From: an uncultured virus (IMG/VR IMGVR_UViG_3300027708_000036)
Lineage: Duplodnaviria; Heunggongvirae; Uroviricota; Caudoviricetes
DNA: 54,441 nt
IMG/VR virus record: IMGVR_UViG_3300027708_000036
Strand: one strand, 5' to 3'
Made by a program: the position numbers and the translations under genes. Shown here in pieces: positions 1 through 7,601 of the stretch (positions within the stretch are counted from its first letter, which is position 1; each line of letters opens with the position of its first letter). Below the pieces are notes generated by a model that was given only the letters and a program-made list of their open reading frames with translations, was not told where the DNA came from and did not search any database.

Positions 1-72
1 TGGAATTTTCCACAACCTTTCTGGGCAAAAATTATTCAAGAAAAAATTCAATCGATGATTGCTAAAAAGTAA
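1..72 (+). CDS. 3' end of a small hypothetical protein (partial; ...WNFPQPFWAKIIQEKIQSMIAKK*)
   Basis: Frame 1 is open from the window start to TAA 70-72, which overlaps the iscU ATG (TAATG). Confidence 0.6.
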   Translation, partial: WNFPQPFWAKIIQEKIQSMIAKK

Positions 73-455
73 TGGCTTATTCCGATAAAGTTATCGACCA
101 CTATGAGAATCCACGTAATGTGGGTTCTTTGGATAAAAACGATCCATCGGTTGGTACTGGAATGGTTGGTGCACCTGCGTGTGGTGACGTGATGAAGTTG
201 CAGATTAAAGTTGAAGATGGAATTATTACCGATGCAAAATTCAAAACATATGGATGTGGATCTGCTATTGCAAGTTCCTCTCTTGTTACCGAATGGGTTA
301 AAGGCAAGACATTGGAGCAAGCAGCAGTTATTAAAAATTCAGACATTGCTCAAGAACTCGCATTGCCCCCAGTCAAAATCCATTGTAGCATCCTTGCTGA
401 AGATGCCATCAAAGCAGCAATAAACGACTATCAACTAAAGTGTGCGTGCGTATGA
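72..455 (+). CDS. iscU: Fe-S cluster scaffold protein IscU
   Basis: [39 protein letters not shown] and LPPVKIHCS (HscA-binding LPPVK); three conserved Cys. Confidence 0.97.
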   Translation: MAYSDKVIDHYENPRNVGSLDKNDPSVGTGMVGAPACGDVMKLQIKVEDGIITDAKFKTYGCGSAIASSSLVTEWVKGKTLEQAAVIKNSDIAQELALPPVKIHCSILAEDAIKAAINDYQLKCACV

Positions 456-763
456 TTACCGTAACAGAATCCGCAAAGAAACAACTCGATGAGATCCTAA
501 TGGATGATGTATCGATGAAATATGTAAGAGCATTCATCACTGGTGGTGGTTGCTCTGGTTTTAATTATGGGTTTACACTTGAAGCAGATAAAGAAGAAGA
601 TGACTTCGTTATTGACAATCTTGTAGTTGATGCCATGAGTATGCAGTATTTTGACAACGCTACTATAGATTTTACTAGTGATAAATTAAAAGGATCTCAA
701 TTTGTTATATCAAACCCAAACGCAAAATCAACCTGTGGATGTGGAAGCAGTTTCTCAGTCTAA
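452..763 (+). CDS. A-type Fe-S carrier (IscA/ErpA/HesB family)
   Basis: GGGCSGF and C-terminal [14 protein letters not shown] motifs; the ATG at 452 overlaps the iscU stop (ATGA). Confidence 0.93.
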   Translation: MITVTESAKKQLDEILMDDVSMKYVRAFITGGGCSGFNYGFTLEADKEEDDFVIDNLVVDAMSMQYFDNATIDFTSDKLKGSQFVISNPNAKSTCGCGSSFSV

Positions 764-764
764 A

Positions 765-1418
765 GTGAAAACATTTATACATCATGATTTCGGCAAACTT
801 GAACGTGACACAAAACCCGATGGTACAAGGTTATATAAAACCCCATCGGGTAAATCCTATCCCTCCGTTACGACAGTTACAGGATTGCACTCAGCAAAGG
901 GAATCCTGGAGTGGCGAAAAAGAGTCGGAGAAGCAGAAGCAAACCGAGTCTCCGCAAAAGCCAGTTCCAGAGGTACAAGAATCCATCAACACTGTGAAGA
1001 CTTTCTCCTTGGAGAGCATGTTGAGCCAGATATGTTTGATGCAGAGATGTTCAACTCAATCCGACCACTCCTCGACCAAATCGACAACATCCACTGCTTG
1101 GAGACTCCACTATGGTCTGACCATTTACAAGTCGCAGGAACAGTTGACTGTATCGCAGAGTTCCAAGGTAAACTTTCGGTTATAGATTTTAAGACATCTA
1201 GTAAACCAAAAGATAGAGATGATATCCATAACTACTTTATGCAGACTGCAGCATATGCAGTAGCATTTGAAGAACGAACTGGTATTCCTATTGGAAGACT
1301 TGTAATTATTATGGCAGTTGATAGTGACGATCCAAGATGGTTTATCGAGAAACGAGACAATTGGATTGGTGGTTTTAAAAAACTGCGATTAGACTATAAG
1401 AATTTAAAAAACATTTGA
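765..1418 (+). CDS. PD-(D/E)XK (Cas4-like/RecB-family) exonuclease of T4-like phages
   Basis: YPSVTTV, RGTRIH, AGTVDC...IDFKTS and YFMQ..AYA motifs. Start moved to GTG 765, just after the iscA stop. Confidence 0.85.
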   Translation: MKTFIHHDFGKLERDTKPDGTRLYKTPSGKSYPSVTTVTGLHSAKGILEWRKRVGEAEANRVSAKASSRGTRIHQHCEDFLLGEHVEPDMFDAEMFNSIRPLLDQIDNIHCLETPLWSDHLQVAGTVDCIAEFQGKLSVIDFKTSSKPKDRDDIHNYFMQTAAYAVAFEERTGIPIGRLVIIMAVDSDDPRWFIEKRDNWIGGFKKLRLDYKNLKNI

Positions 1419-1443
1419 CTTGTAACTAAATACAAGGTATAAT
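1415..1443 (+). promoter_or_regulatory. sigma70-type promoter for the tmRNA, with a late-type CTAAATA in its spacer
   Basis: TTGACT (1415-1420), 17 nt, TATAAT (1438-1443). Confidence 0.8.
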
Positions 1444-1449
1444 GTAGGT

Positions 1450-1740
1450 TATTGCTGTATGAAGCAAAGAGAAAAGTGTTCTGGACGGGAGTTCGATTCT
1501 CCCCACCTCCACCAGAAGTGCATGTGTTAGATGAAAGAAACCATTTTATGGGCTCTAATGGGTGTACTTCTGATGGGGGTGACTAGGTTTCGACAGGGCA
1601 ACAAGTACACAAGTGGACAGCACGACACAGAGAGTCGTAAAAAGTAAAAAACCGTAAACGCAAACGACGCACAGTTCGCATTAGCAGCCTAAACACTGCT
1701 TAGGGTTTCGATAGGTTTCCTCGTAACAGAATAACCTATC
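1450..1740 (+). ncRNA. ssrA: Circularly permuted (two-piece) tmRNA; tag peptide ANDAQFALAA*
   Basis: The T-arm GGGAG-TTCGATT-CTCCC (1487-1503) and CACCTCC-A-CCA (1504-1514) lie upstream of the 5' acceptor strand GGGGGTG (1575-1581), which continues ACTAGGTTTCGAC. The stem has the G3:U pair. Tag ORF 1660-1692; terminal hairpin 1710-1740. Outer ends are approximate. Confidence 0.93.
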
Positions 1741-1764
1741 ACATTATTTTAAAAAGGGAATTAC

Positions 1765-2208
1765 ATGAAAAAAGTTATTTTAGTAACAGCATTAATGGCA
1801 TCGATGGGTGCACAAGCAGTTGAACTAGGTATTAATGCAAGTCGTGATACTGCCAATACAGATCGTACTGGTTATGGTATTACAATTGGACAGAAGTATG
1901 ACAAAGTAGGCATTACAGCTGGCTTTGATCAATACAAATCTGGAATTGATATGAACAAGTATAGTTTAGTTGCTTCTTATGATGTTACCAAAGTTGGTGC
2001 AGCAACCATTGCAGTTAAGGGTGGAGTTGCCTACTTAGATCAAAAGAATACAACTGATGGCTATGCAGCATTAGTTGGTGCAGGTGTTTCTTATCCACTA
2101 AGCAAACAAGTTGCTCTTACTGCTGATTATCGTTATCAAGCAGGACAATCTAAAGTTAGTTCTTTAGATGGTAGCACTATCATTGCTGGTTTGAAATATT
2201 CATTCTAA
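1765..2208 (+). CDS. Outer-membrane beta-barrel protein (OmpA-TM/Ail/Lom-like)
   Basis: Signal peptide (..MGAQA), alternating amphipathic strands, C-terminal GLKYSF BAM-type signal. Confidence 0.8.
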   Translation: MKKVILVTALMASMGAQAVELGINASRDTANTDRTGYGITIGQKYDKVGITAGFDQYKSGIDMNKYSLVASYDVTKVGAATIAVKGGVAYLDQKNTTDGYAALVGAGVSYPLSKQVALTADYRYQAGQSKVSSLDGSTIIAGLKYSF

Positions 2209-2471
2209 TGAACATTTTGCCATTAAAGACGCAAGTATTGGTCGCTGAGAATAAAAAAGATGACACAACTGAGTCTGGCATTATTATTGAGGGTACTCGT
2301 GGTACTGGCATGACAGCCAAAGCCACAGTACTCGCAATTGGTCCAGATGTGACTGATGTTAAAATCGATGATGTTGTTTTGTTGGATTGGTCAAAGGCAT
2401 CTCCAGTAAAAATTGGTGATGTGCAGAGAGCGATGATTAAAGAAGAATTTATCATCGCAGTGTTTGAATAA
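2208..2471 (+). CDS. groES: Co-chaperonin GroES (Cpn10 family)
   Basis: ILPLKTQVLV, TTESGIII, VLAIGPDV..VKIDDVVL, IKEEFIIAV. Confidence 0.88.
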   Translation: MNILPLKTQVLVAENKKDDTTESGIIIEGTRGTGMTAKATVLAIGPDVTDVKIDDVVLLDWSKASPVKIGDVQRAMIKEEFIIAVFE

Positions 2472-2563
2472 GTCGAAGCTGGATGCAAGACCCTCTATAC
2501 CTATTGTATAGATCTGGATTGCTTAAGGATGACGAAGTGGTAGTTTAATTTAAGGAGATTTCT

Positions 2564-2773
2564 ATGAAATCATTGATCGCAGTAGTATTGTTAGCATTTA
2601 CAGCGTCTATCTTTGCAGCAGAGCCAGCAAAGAAAGAAGAAAAGAAAGTAGAAGCAAATTGCGTAACTAAAGATAAAAAAGGAAATTGTCCTCCTCCACC
2701 AAAAGGTGAAAAACCTACTCCTAAAAAAGTAGAGAAGAAGGATGACAAAAAAGCTGAACCAGCAAAGAAATAA
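2564..2773 (+). CDS. Small secreted Lys/Pro-rich protein
   Basis: TAAGGAG RBS, signal peptide, two Cys, AEPAKK present twice. Confidence 0.7.
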   Translation: MKSLIAVVLLAFTASIFAAEPAKKEEKKVEANCVTKDKKGNCPPPPKGEKPTPKKVEKKDDKKAEPAKK

Positions 2774-2776
2774 TTC

Positions 2777-2845
2777 CTAAATAATTATACAGTGGGTTGA
2801 TGGAACCCAATAAAACCATCATTACACAAACACAACACAAAGGAG
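2777..2845 (+). promoter_or_regulatory. Late-type promoter CTAAATA followed by a leader with an H-type pseudoknot, ACACA repeats and an AGGAG RBS
   Basis: TGGGTT (2793-98) pairs with AACCCA (2804-09); GATGG (2799-2803) pairs with CCATC (2816-20). Confidence 0.55.
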
Positions 2846-2851
2846 TATTTT

Positions 2852-3127
2852 ATGTCAAATATGACACCATTCGAAATCCGTCTTGAACTACTAAAAATGG
2901 CAAAAGACATGTTAAACGATGATTATTATGGTAAGCGTGAGGTTATTAGCAATAGTTGGCATGCCAAACTAGAAATTGCTAAAATCAATGGTGGAGAGTT
3001 ACCTGAACATCCAGGATTCCCAACTTATCCATCAGAAGCGGAAATCATTGCAAAGGCTCAGACCCTAAATGGTTTTGTTTCAAACATCCCACTAGATACA
3101 AAGACTATTAGCAAAAAGTCCACCTGA
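2852..3127 (+). CDS. Conserved hypothetical protein of T4-like phages
   Basis: AGGAG RBS; TPFEIRLELLKMAKDML...YPSEAEIIAKAQTLNGFVS. Confidence 0.8.
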   Translation: MSNMTPFEIRLELLKMAKDMLNDDYYGKREVISNSWHAKLEIAKINGGELPEHPGFPTYPSEAEIIAKAQTLNGFVSNIPLDTKTISKKST

Positions 3128-3189
3128 TAGGGAATTGGATTGTAGGGTTCACACACTCTGCAATCCTTAACTGTTTTAAGGAGATCAAT

Positions 3190-3699
3190 ATGCATAAACG
3201 ATTATACAGTTTAGCAGCAATATTTTTAATAAGCATAACATTATTACTATGCACAGGTTTTTCAAAAGAAAAGATTATCGGTGTAACATATACACAACTG
3301 ACACCAGAAGCCAGAACGCAAGTTGACTGTTTGGCAGAAAACATTTATTATGAAGCAGGATTTGAACCACGAGACGGAAAGATCGCTGTTGCAATGGTAA
3401 CATTGAACAGAGTGCAAGATCCACAATTTCCAAAAGATATTTGCTCTGTAGTGAAACAAAAGGTAAAATCAACCTGTCAGTTCACTTGGTTCTGTGAGCA
3501 CAAAACAATACAGAACAATTCAGTATACATGCAAGCAAGAGATATTGCATTGCTGGTGTATGCTAACTATGAAAAGATGCACGACATGACAGAAGGTGCA
3601 TTATTTTATCATGCGGATTATGTTAATCCACGATGGAAACTTGAACGAACTGCAGTAATCGGCAGACATATTTTTTATAAACAGAGAGATGGTATTTAA
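3190..3699 (+). CDS. Cell-wall hydrolase, SleB/Hydrolase_2 family
   Basis: CLAENIYYEA, AVAMVTLNRV, FPKDICSVV, CQFTW, GALFYHADYVNPRW, IGRHIFY; N-terminal hydrophobic anchor. Confidence 0.92.
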   Translation: MHKRLYSLAAIFLISITLLLCTGFSKEKIIGVTYTQLTPEARTQVDCLAENIYYEAGFEPRDGKIAVAMVTLNRVQDPQFPKDICSVVKQKVKSTCQFTWFCEHKTIQNNSVYMQARDIALLVYANYEKMHDMTEGALFYHADYVNPRWKLERTAVIGRHIFYKQRDGI

Positions 3700-3700
3700 T

Positions 3701-4264
3701 ATGATGAACAAACTGAACATTCAACTTAAAGATAGCGGAGACGATTCAGCACACTCGTTTTATCTCCTTATGGAAGAAATATCATTACAGTCTGCAAAGA
3801 CTTTAGTTGAATGGATCTTTGAAGCAAACTTTACTGAAGAACGACCAGATTTACTCAATCTGATTATCTGTTCTCCAGGTGGTGACTTGAACGCTGCATT
3901 TGCAGTTATCGATACTATGAGAGGTTCAGCAATCCCTATTCGCACAATTGGTTTAGGACAAATTGCTTCGGCAGGATTAATGATCTTTCTTGCTGGTGAC
4001 AAAGGGCATCGTATTCTCACACCGAATACTTCTATACTCTCCCATCAATACACTTGGGGTGCTTTTGGTAAAGAACACGAATTATTCGCAACGGTAAAAG
4101 AGTTTGACTTAACGACTAAAAAAATGATCACTCATTATAAAAAGTCTACTGGTCTTGCTGAATCAAAAATCAGAGAGGTATTATTACCACCTCAAGATAT
4201 TTGGCTCAGTCCTCTTGAAGCCAAAAAATTAGGACTATGCGATGAAGTTAAAGAACTTTCTTGA
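3701..4264 (+). CDS. ClpP-like serine protease
   Basis: ICSPGGD, GQIASAG (catalytic Ser), ILSHQ (His), DIWLSPLEAKKLGLCD. Confidence 0.88.
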   Translation: MMNKLNIQLKDSGDDSAHSFYLLMEEISLQSAKTLVEWIFEANFTEERPDLLNLIICSPGGDLNAAFAVIDTMRGSAIPIRTIGLGQIASAGLMIFLAGDKGHRILTPNTSILSHQYTWGAFGKEHELFATVKEFDLTTKKMITHYKKSTGLAESKIREVLLPPQDIWLSPLEAKKLGLCDEVKELS

Positions 4265-4433
4265 TTATGTAAAATTTTCTGGAATCTGGATAGGGTTTGT
4301 TTTGAATCCTTACCACTGGGAATTTCGAGTAGAAAAAACTGGACCAACTGATACAGATCCAAACGGATATCTGGCATCTGTTTATTTTGGACCATTTTGG
4401 ATTAGGGCTGTCTTAGATGATGGATCTTGGTAA
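4242..4433 (+). CDS. Hypothetical protein
   Basis: 63-aa ORF filling the gap between neighbours. Confidence 0.55.
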   Translation: MKLKNFLDYVKFSGIWIGFVLNPYHWEFRVEKTGPTDTDPNGYLASVYFGPFWIRAVLDDGSW

Positions 4434-4449
4434 ATTAAAGGGGATAATT

Positions 4450-4686
4450 ATGAATGATAATGTTTTTGTTAGTTGTGTTACTCTTGCAATTGTAACACTT
4501 ATTTGCTCTATTACTTTCTATCAGTATAGTGAGTTGAAATCAGTTGAGAGAAATGTAGAATCAGCGATTGTAAAAGGAATTGATCCTGTTGCAGTTCGCT
4601 GTGCCTATGCAACCCAATCAGATATGGTTTGTGTAGCATACGGATCGTCTCATCAAGGGTTTTCTACCCCAAAATCCTCTAAGTAA
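4450..4686 (+). CDS. Hypothetical membrane-anchored protein
   Basis: AAAGGGG RBS before ATG 4450; N-terminal hydrophobic helix; GIDPVAVRCAY. Confidence 0.65.
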   Translation: MNDNVFVSCVTLAIVTLICSITFYQYSELKSVERNVESAIVKGIDPVAVRCAYATQSDMVCVAYGSSHQGFSTPKSSK

Positions 4687-4706
4687 GTAGTTACTTACTA
4701 AACCGA

Positions 4707-4742
4707 TCCTCTAGGATACACGTGTTCTAGGGGGTTGTCTTT
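4707..4742 (+). terminator. Probable intrinsic terminator hairpin
   Basis: CCTCTAGGA..TTCTAGGGG stem with G:U pairs, followed by TTGTCTTT. Confidence 0.5.
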
Positions 4743-4763
4743 AATTCCGAATTAGCGTATAAT
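4735..4763 (+). promoter_or_regulatory. sigma70-type early promoter
   Basis: TTGTCT, 17 nt, TATAAT. Confidence 0.7.
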
Positions 4764-4794
4764 ATCTCTATTATCGTTGAAAAGGAAGTTAAAA

Positions 4795-5490
4795 ATGGGT
4801 TTACTTACAGTTGGCAATCCAAAGTTGTTAAAGGGTCTGAAGAAGGGTTACTTATCTTCAGTGTTACACTTTGCACCTGCTGATTTATCAGGTAAAGAAG
4901 TGTGTCCTAAGCGAACAGCTGGATGTACACTTGCATGTTTGAACACTGCTGGTCGTGGTGGCATCTTCAAAAAAGGTGAATCCACTAATGTGATTCAGCA
5001 AGCACGAATTCGTAAGACCAAAGCATTCTTCGAAAATCGTCAAGCATTCCTCAATGAGTTGACTGTTGAGATTATCAAAACAAAAACCAAAGCAGAAAAA
5101 CAAGGACTCATTCCAGTCTTTCGTTTGAATGGTACTTCAGATCTCGCATGGGAGAAATATGAAGTTGCAAATGGCAAGAACATTTTCCAAATGTTCCCAG
5201 AAGTGCAATTTTACGACTATACCAAAATCAACAATCGCAAAGTTGCACATATCCCTAACTATCACCTGACTTTCTCCAAAGCAGATGGCAACGATATGGA
5301 TGTTCGTATTGCATTGTCAAATGGTATGAATGTTGCAGCTGTATTTCACAAAGTGCCAGAAACATATCTCGGGCGACCAGTTATCAATGGCGACGAGACT
5401 GATCTTCGTTTCTTAGATCCAAAGGGTGTTATTGTTGGATTGAAAGCAAAGGGTAAAGCAAAGAAAGATACTACTGGTTTCGTGGTGTAA
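4795..5490 (+). CDS. GP88-like protein with a three-Cys motif (putative Fe-S/radical-SAM-like)
   Basis: CPKRTAGCTLACL, RLNGTSD, QFYDYTK, NYHLTFS, GDETDLRFLD, VGLKAKG; AAGGAAG RBS. Confidence 0.75.
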   Translation: MGLLTVGNPKLLKGLKKGYLSSVLHFAPADLSGKEVCPKRTAGCTLACLNTAGRGGIFKKGESTNVIQQARIRKTKAFFENRQAFLNELTVEIIKTKTKAEKQGLIPVFRLNGTSDLAWEKYEVANGKNIFQMFPEVQFYDYTKINNRKVAHIPNYHLTFSKADGNDMDVRIALSNGMNVAAVFHKVPETYLGRPVINGDETDLRFLDPKGVIVGLKAKGKAKKDTTGFVV

Positions 5491-5492
5491 TC

Positions 5493-5999
5493 ATGACATT
5501 AAATGAACTCGCTACGAAAGAAGTAATCTTTCGCACAAATAAAACAGTCGTTGCAACCAAAGCACTAATCTCGATGGTTGAACATAAACCAATCAGAGAT
5601 TATCTTAAAAAATGCATGGGTATTCCTATTGATAAACTTGCAGAATATGTTGGTGCATATTTACTTGGTCATCAACTAGTAGATGCAGTTGGGTTTGATA
5701 CTCGCAAAGGAAATAAAAAATTAGAAATAAAATGGTCATTTTTGAATCGTACTCCCAGTAAAAATGGTAATCCCACTGCAAGTGCGAATATGTCCAATCT
5801 AAAATCAAAGTCTTGTGATTTGATGGTTTTCGTTTGCGATGATGAATTGAAACCAACAGATCATAATTATATTCGTATATTTTTGTTTCCAGCAAAGATT
5901 TGGAAACCATGTTGGAAGAATGATAAACACAGCATGTCTTTCGGTAGTGATAGACATAAATGGTATGACAAATACCAGTTGACATTAAATGATATTTAA
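5493..5999 (+). CDS. Hypothetical protein, possible PD-(D/E)XK endonuclease
   Basis: AEY...GFD(x8)EIK arrangement; basic protein. Confidence 0.5.
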   Translation: MTLNELATKEVIFRTNKTVVATKALISMVEHKPIRDYLKKCMGIPIDKLAEYVGAYLLGHQLVDAVGFDTRKGNKKLEIKWSFLNRTPSKNGNPTASANMSNLKSKSCDLMVFVCDDELKPTDHNYIRIFLFPAKIWKPCWKNDKHSMSFGSDRHKWYDKYQLTLNDI

Positions 6000-6007
6000 G
6001 GTATAAT
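5979..6007 (+). promoter_or_regulatory. Consensus sigma70 promoter
   Basis: TTGACA, 17 nt, TATAAT. Confidence 0.85.
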
Positions 6008-6013
6008 TATATT

Positions 6014-6358
6014 ATGCAATTTTTACATACATCACTTGGAAAGTCCAAGAAAAAGAAACCGACTGCAAAACAACGAGAGTTGCAGTCGTCATGGGAAACC
6101 ATGCTAAAGAAGTATGCCACAAAGACGATTACTCCTAAAAAGCAATCACTCAGTGATGTATACTCACTTGGTACACCTGCTTGTCGTGAGACACCTAAGA
6201 TTCCAAGTCTTCCATTCACAGGTGCTCCTTGTGTTAAGAAACCAAACCCTGTTTATACAGGTACTAAGGTTAAAGGTATTGGCACGATGCATAAAAGTAA
6301 TGCAGTTCCAATTTTTAGTGATGAAGAAGCAGTTGCTATTGCAACAATGAGGAGATAA
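6014..6358 (+). CDS. Conserved hypothetical basic protein of T4-like phages
   Basis: VYTGTKVKGIGTMHKSNAVPIF...MRR motif. Confidence 0.8.
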   Translation: MQFLHTSLGKSKKKKPTAKQRELQSSWETMLKKYATKTITPKKQSLSDVYSLGTPACRETPKIPSLPFTGAPCVKKPNPVYTGTKVKGIGTMHKSNAVPIFSDEEAVAIATMRR

Positions 6359-6360
6359 CA

Positions 6361-6549
6361 ATGGCTGAATTTTGTGTTAAGTGTTCTGAAAAAGAAGCAG
6401 AGATAGAAATTCTCCGCAATCAACACTATAAAGAAATGCAATGCATGAAAGAAAAGATTGCTAAATTACAGGATGAAAACGATGCACTTATCATGGATGT
6501 TGCATTCTATGGTGGCAACATGATTAACTTGTCTTGCAATGACAAATAA
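6361..6549 (+). CDS. Hypothetical coiled-coil protein with CxxC
   Basis: AGGAG RBS; 62 aa. Confidence 0.65.
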   Translation: MAEFCVKCSEKEAEIEILRNQHYKEMQCMKEKIAKLQDENDALIMDVAFYGGNMINLSCNDK

Positions 6550-6557
6550 GGTATAAT
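6529..6557 (+). promoter_or_regulatory. sigma70-type promoter
   Basis: TTGTCT, 17 nt, TATAAT. Confidence 0.7.
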
Positions 6558-6562
6558 ATATT

Positions 6563-6781
6563 ATGACGCTGAACGAGAAGTATAGTGACTTACAAGTCCA
6601 AAAGATGAAATTAGATAAATTCTTCTCTATGTTCCTTGAGAAGTTTGAAAGACAGATGGATCCTGATAGAACGGATACACCTGTTTGGAAACTCTATAAA
6701 AATAAACTCAAAGAATATGAAAAGGTAGATCATGAACTTAAAGCAACTCAGTACTGGATTAACAAGGAACGAAATGTTTAA
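6563..6781 (+). CDS. Hypothetical protein
   Basis: 72-aa ORF directly after the promoter. Confidence 0.65.
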   Translation: MTLNEKYSDLQVQKMKLDKFFSMFLEKFERQMDPDRTDTPVWKLYKNKLKEYEKVDHELKATQYWINKERNV

Positions 6782-6989
6782 AACTGCAAACGAATTCTCT
6801 CTTCACATAGAGCAGATGGTTCGTGATAGCAAAATGACATATATGGATGCTGTTCTTGAATATTGTAAAGAAAACTATCTAGAGCCAGAAGATGTATCGA
6901 AGTTGATTAACAAGTCTCTGAAAGATAAAATTGAAATGAATTTTCGTGATTTAAACTACTTACCAAAGCAAGCACAACTGGATGTGTAA
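6774..6989 (+). CDS. 33: Late transcription coactivator gp33
   Basis: FSLHIE...TYMDAVLEYCKEN.LEPEDVSKLINKSLKDKIE...LNYL; lies upstream of gp59 and gp32. Confidence 0.88.
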   Translation: MFKTANEFSLHIEQMVRDSKMTYMDAVLEYCKENYLEPEDVSKLINKSLKDKIEMNFRDLNYLPKQAQLDV

Positions 6990-7600
6990 TGGATGGATTT
7001 AAGGCATATCGTTATTACCTAGCAATTAAACTTCACTTTACCACAGACAGATTTAATGTTTTTGAGAACAGAGGTAGTGTTCGTGGTACTCGTGAGGCAT
7101 TTAATGCTCGTAATGATAGATACATATTTGAGAAGTTAGCGAACAAACGACCAGATGATAAAGATATCATACAGTTTTTTGTATCCAACTTTGCATATGG
7201 TAATGACCAAGCAATTTATGCTGGACAAGAAGCAGAAGACAATTATTTACAATGGCAGAAACGAAAACAATCGATGACTAAGATTTTCGTTGATGATTTG
7301 GCATCACTAATAACACACATTGAATTAAACAAGTTGAAACCCACTGCAATATTTCAATTTACAGAAAACGAATATCCTGTAGCATTAAAATTATTCGTTG
7401 GTGGTAAAATTGCAATAGAAACATTAAATATTATAGACGATATGACTGGAATGCTTGACGACTGGGTAACTCATCCATCTGTAAGATACATTTGGGAAGA
7501 TGAGATGCGAAGAATTAAAAAGTTGACTGGATTCGTGAAATACGATAAAATAAAGATTGGCAAAATCTTCAGTCATTTTAAGGAAGAAATTGCAGAGTAA
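6989..7600 (+). CDS. 59: Helicase loader gp59
   Basis: AYRYYLAIKLHFT..RNDRYIFEKLA..FFVSNF; 33-59-32 synteny. Confidence 0.88.
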   Translation: MDGFKAYRYYLAIKLHFTTDRFNVFENRGSVRGTREAFNARNDRYIFEKLANKRPDDKDIIQFFVSNFAYGNDQAIYAGQEAEDNYLQWQKRKQSMTKIFVDDLASLITHIELNKLKPTAIFQFTENEYPVALKLFVGGKIAIETLNIIDDMTGMLDDWVTHPSVRYIWEDEMRRIKKLTGFVKYDKIKIGKIFSHFKEEIAE

Positions 7601-7601
7601 T

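Noticed and set aside
765..1418. Cas4 as part of a CRISPR system
   Set aside because: No repeat-spacer array or other cas genes; this nuclease family is a common stand-alone gene in T4-like phages.
1483..1514. tRNA gene or attP-like tRNA fragment
   Set aside because: No anticodon arm; it pairs with the downstream GGGGGTG and tag ORF, so it is the tmRNA acceptor piece.
2793..2821. Canonical preQ1-I riboswitch
   Set aside because: Similar topology, but the loop is too short and the downstream gene is not queuosine-related; kept only as an unassigned pseudoknot.
1..4264. Bacterial chromosomal DNA or a prophage boundary
   Set aside because: The host-like genes are interleaved with T4-like genes and late-promoter motifs, are tightly packed, and lack the rest of the isc and groE operons.
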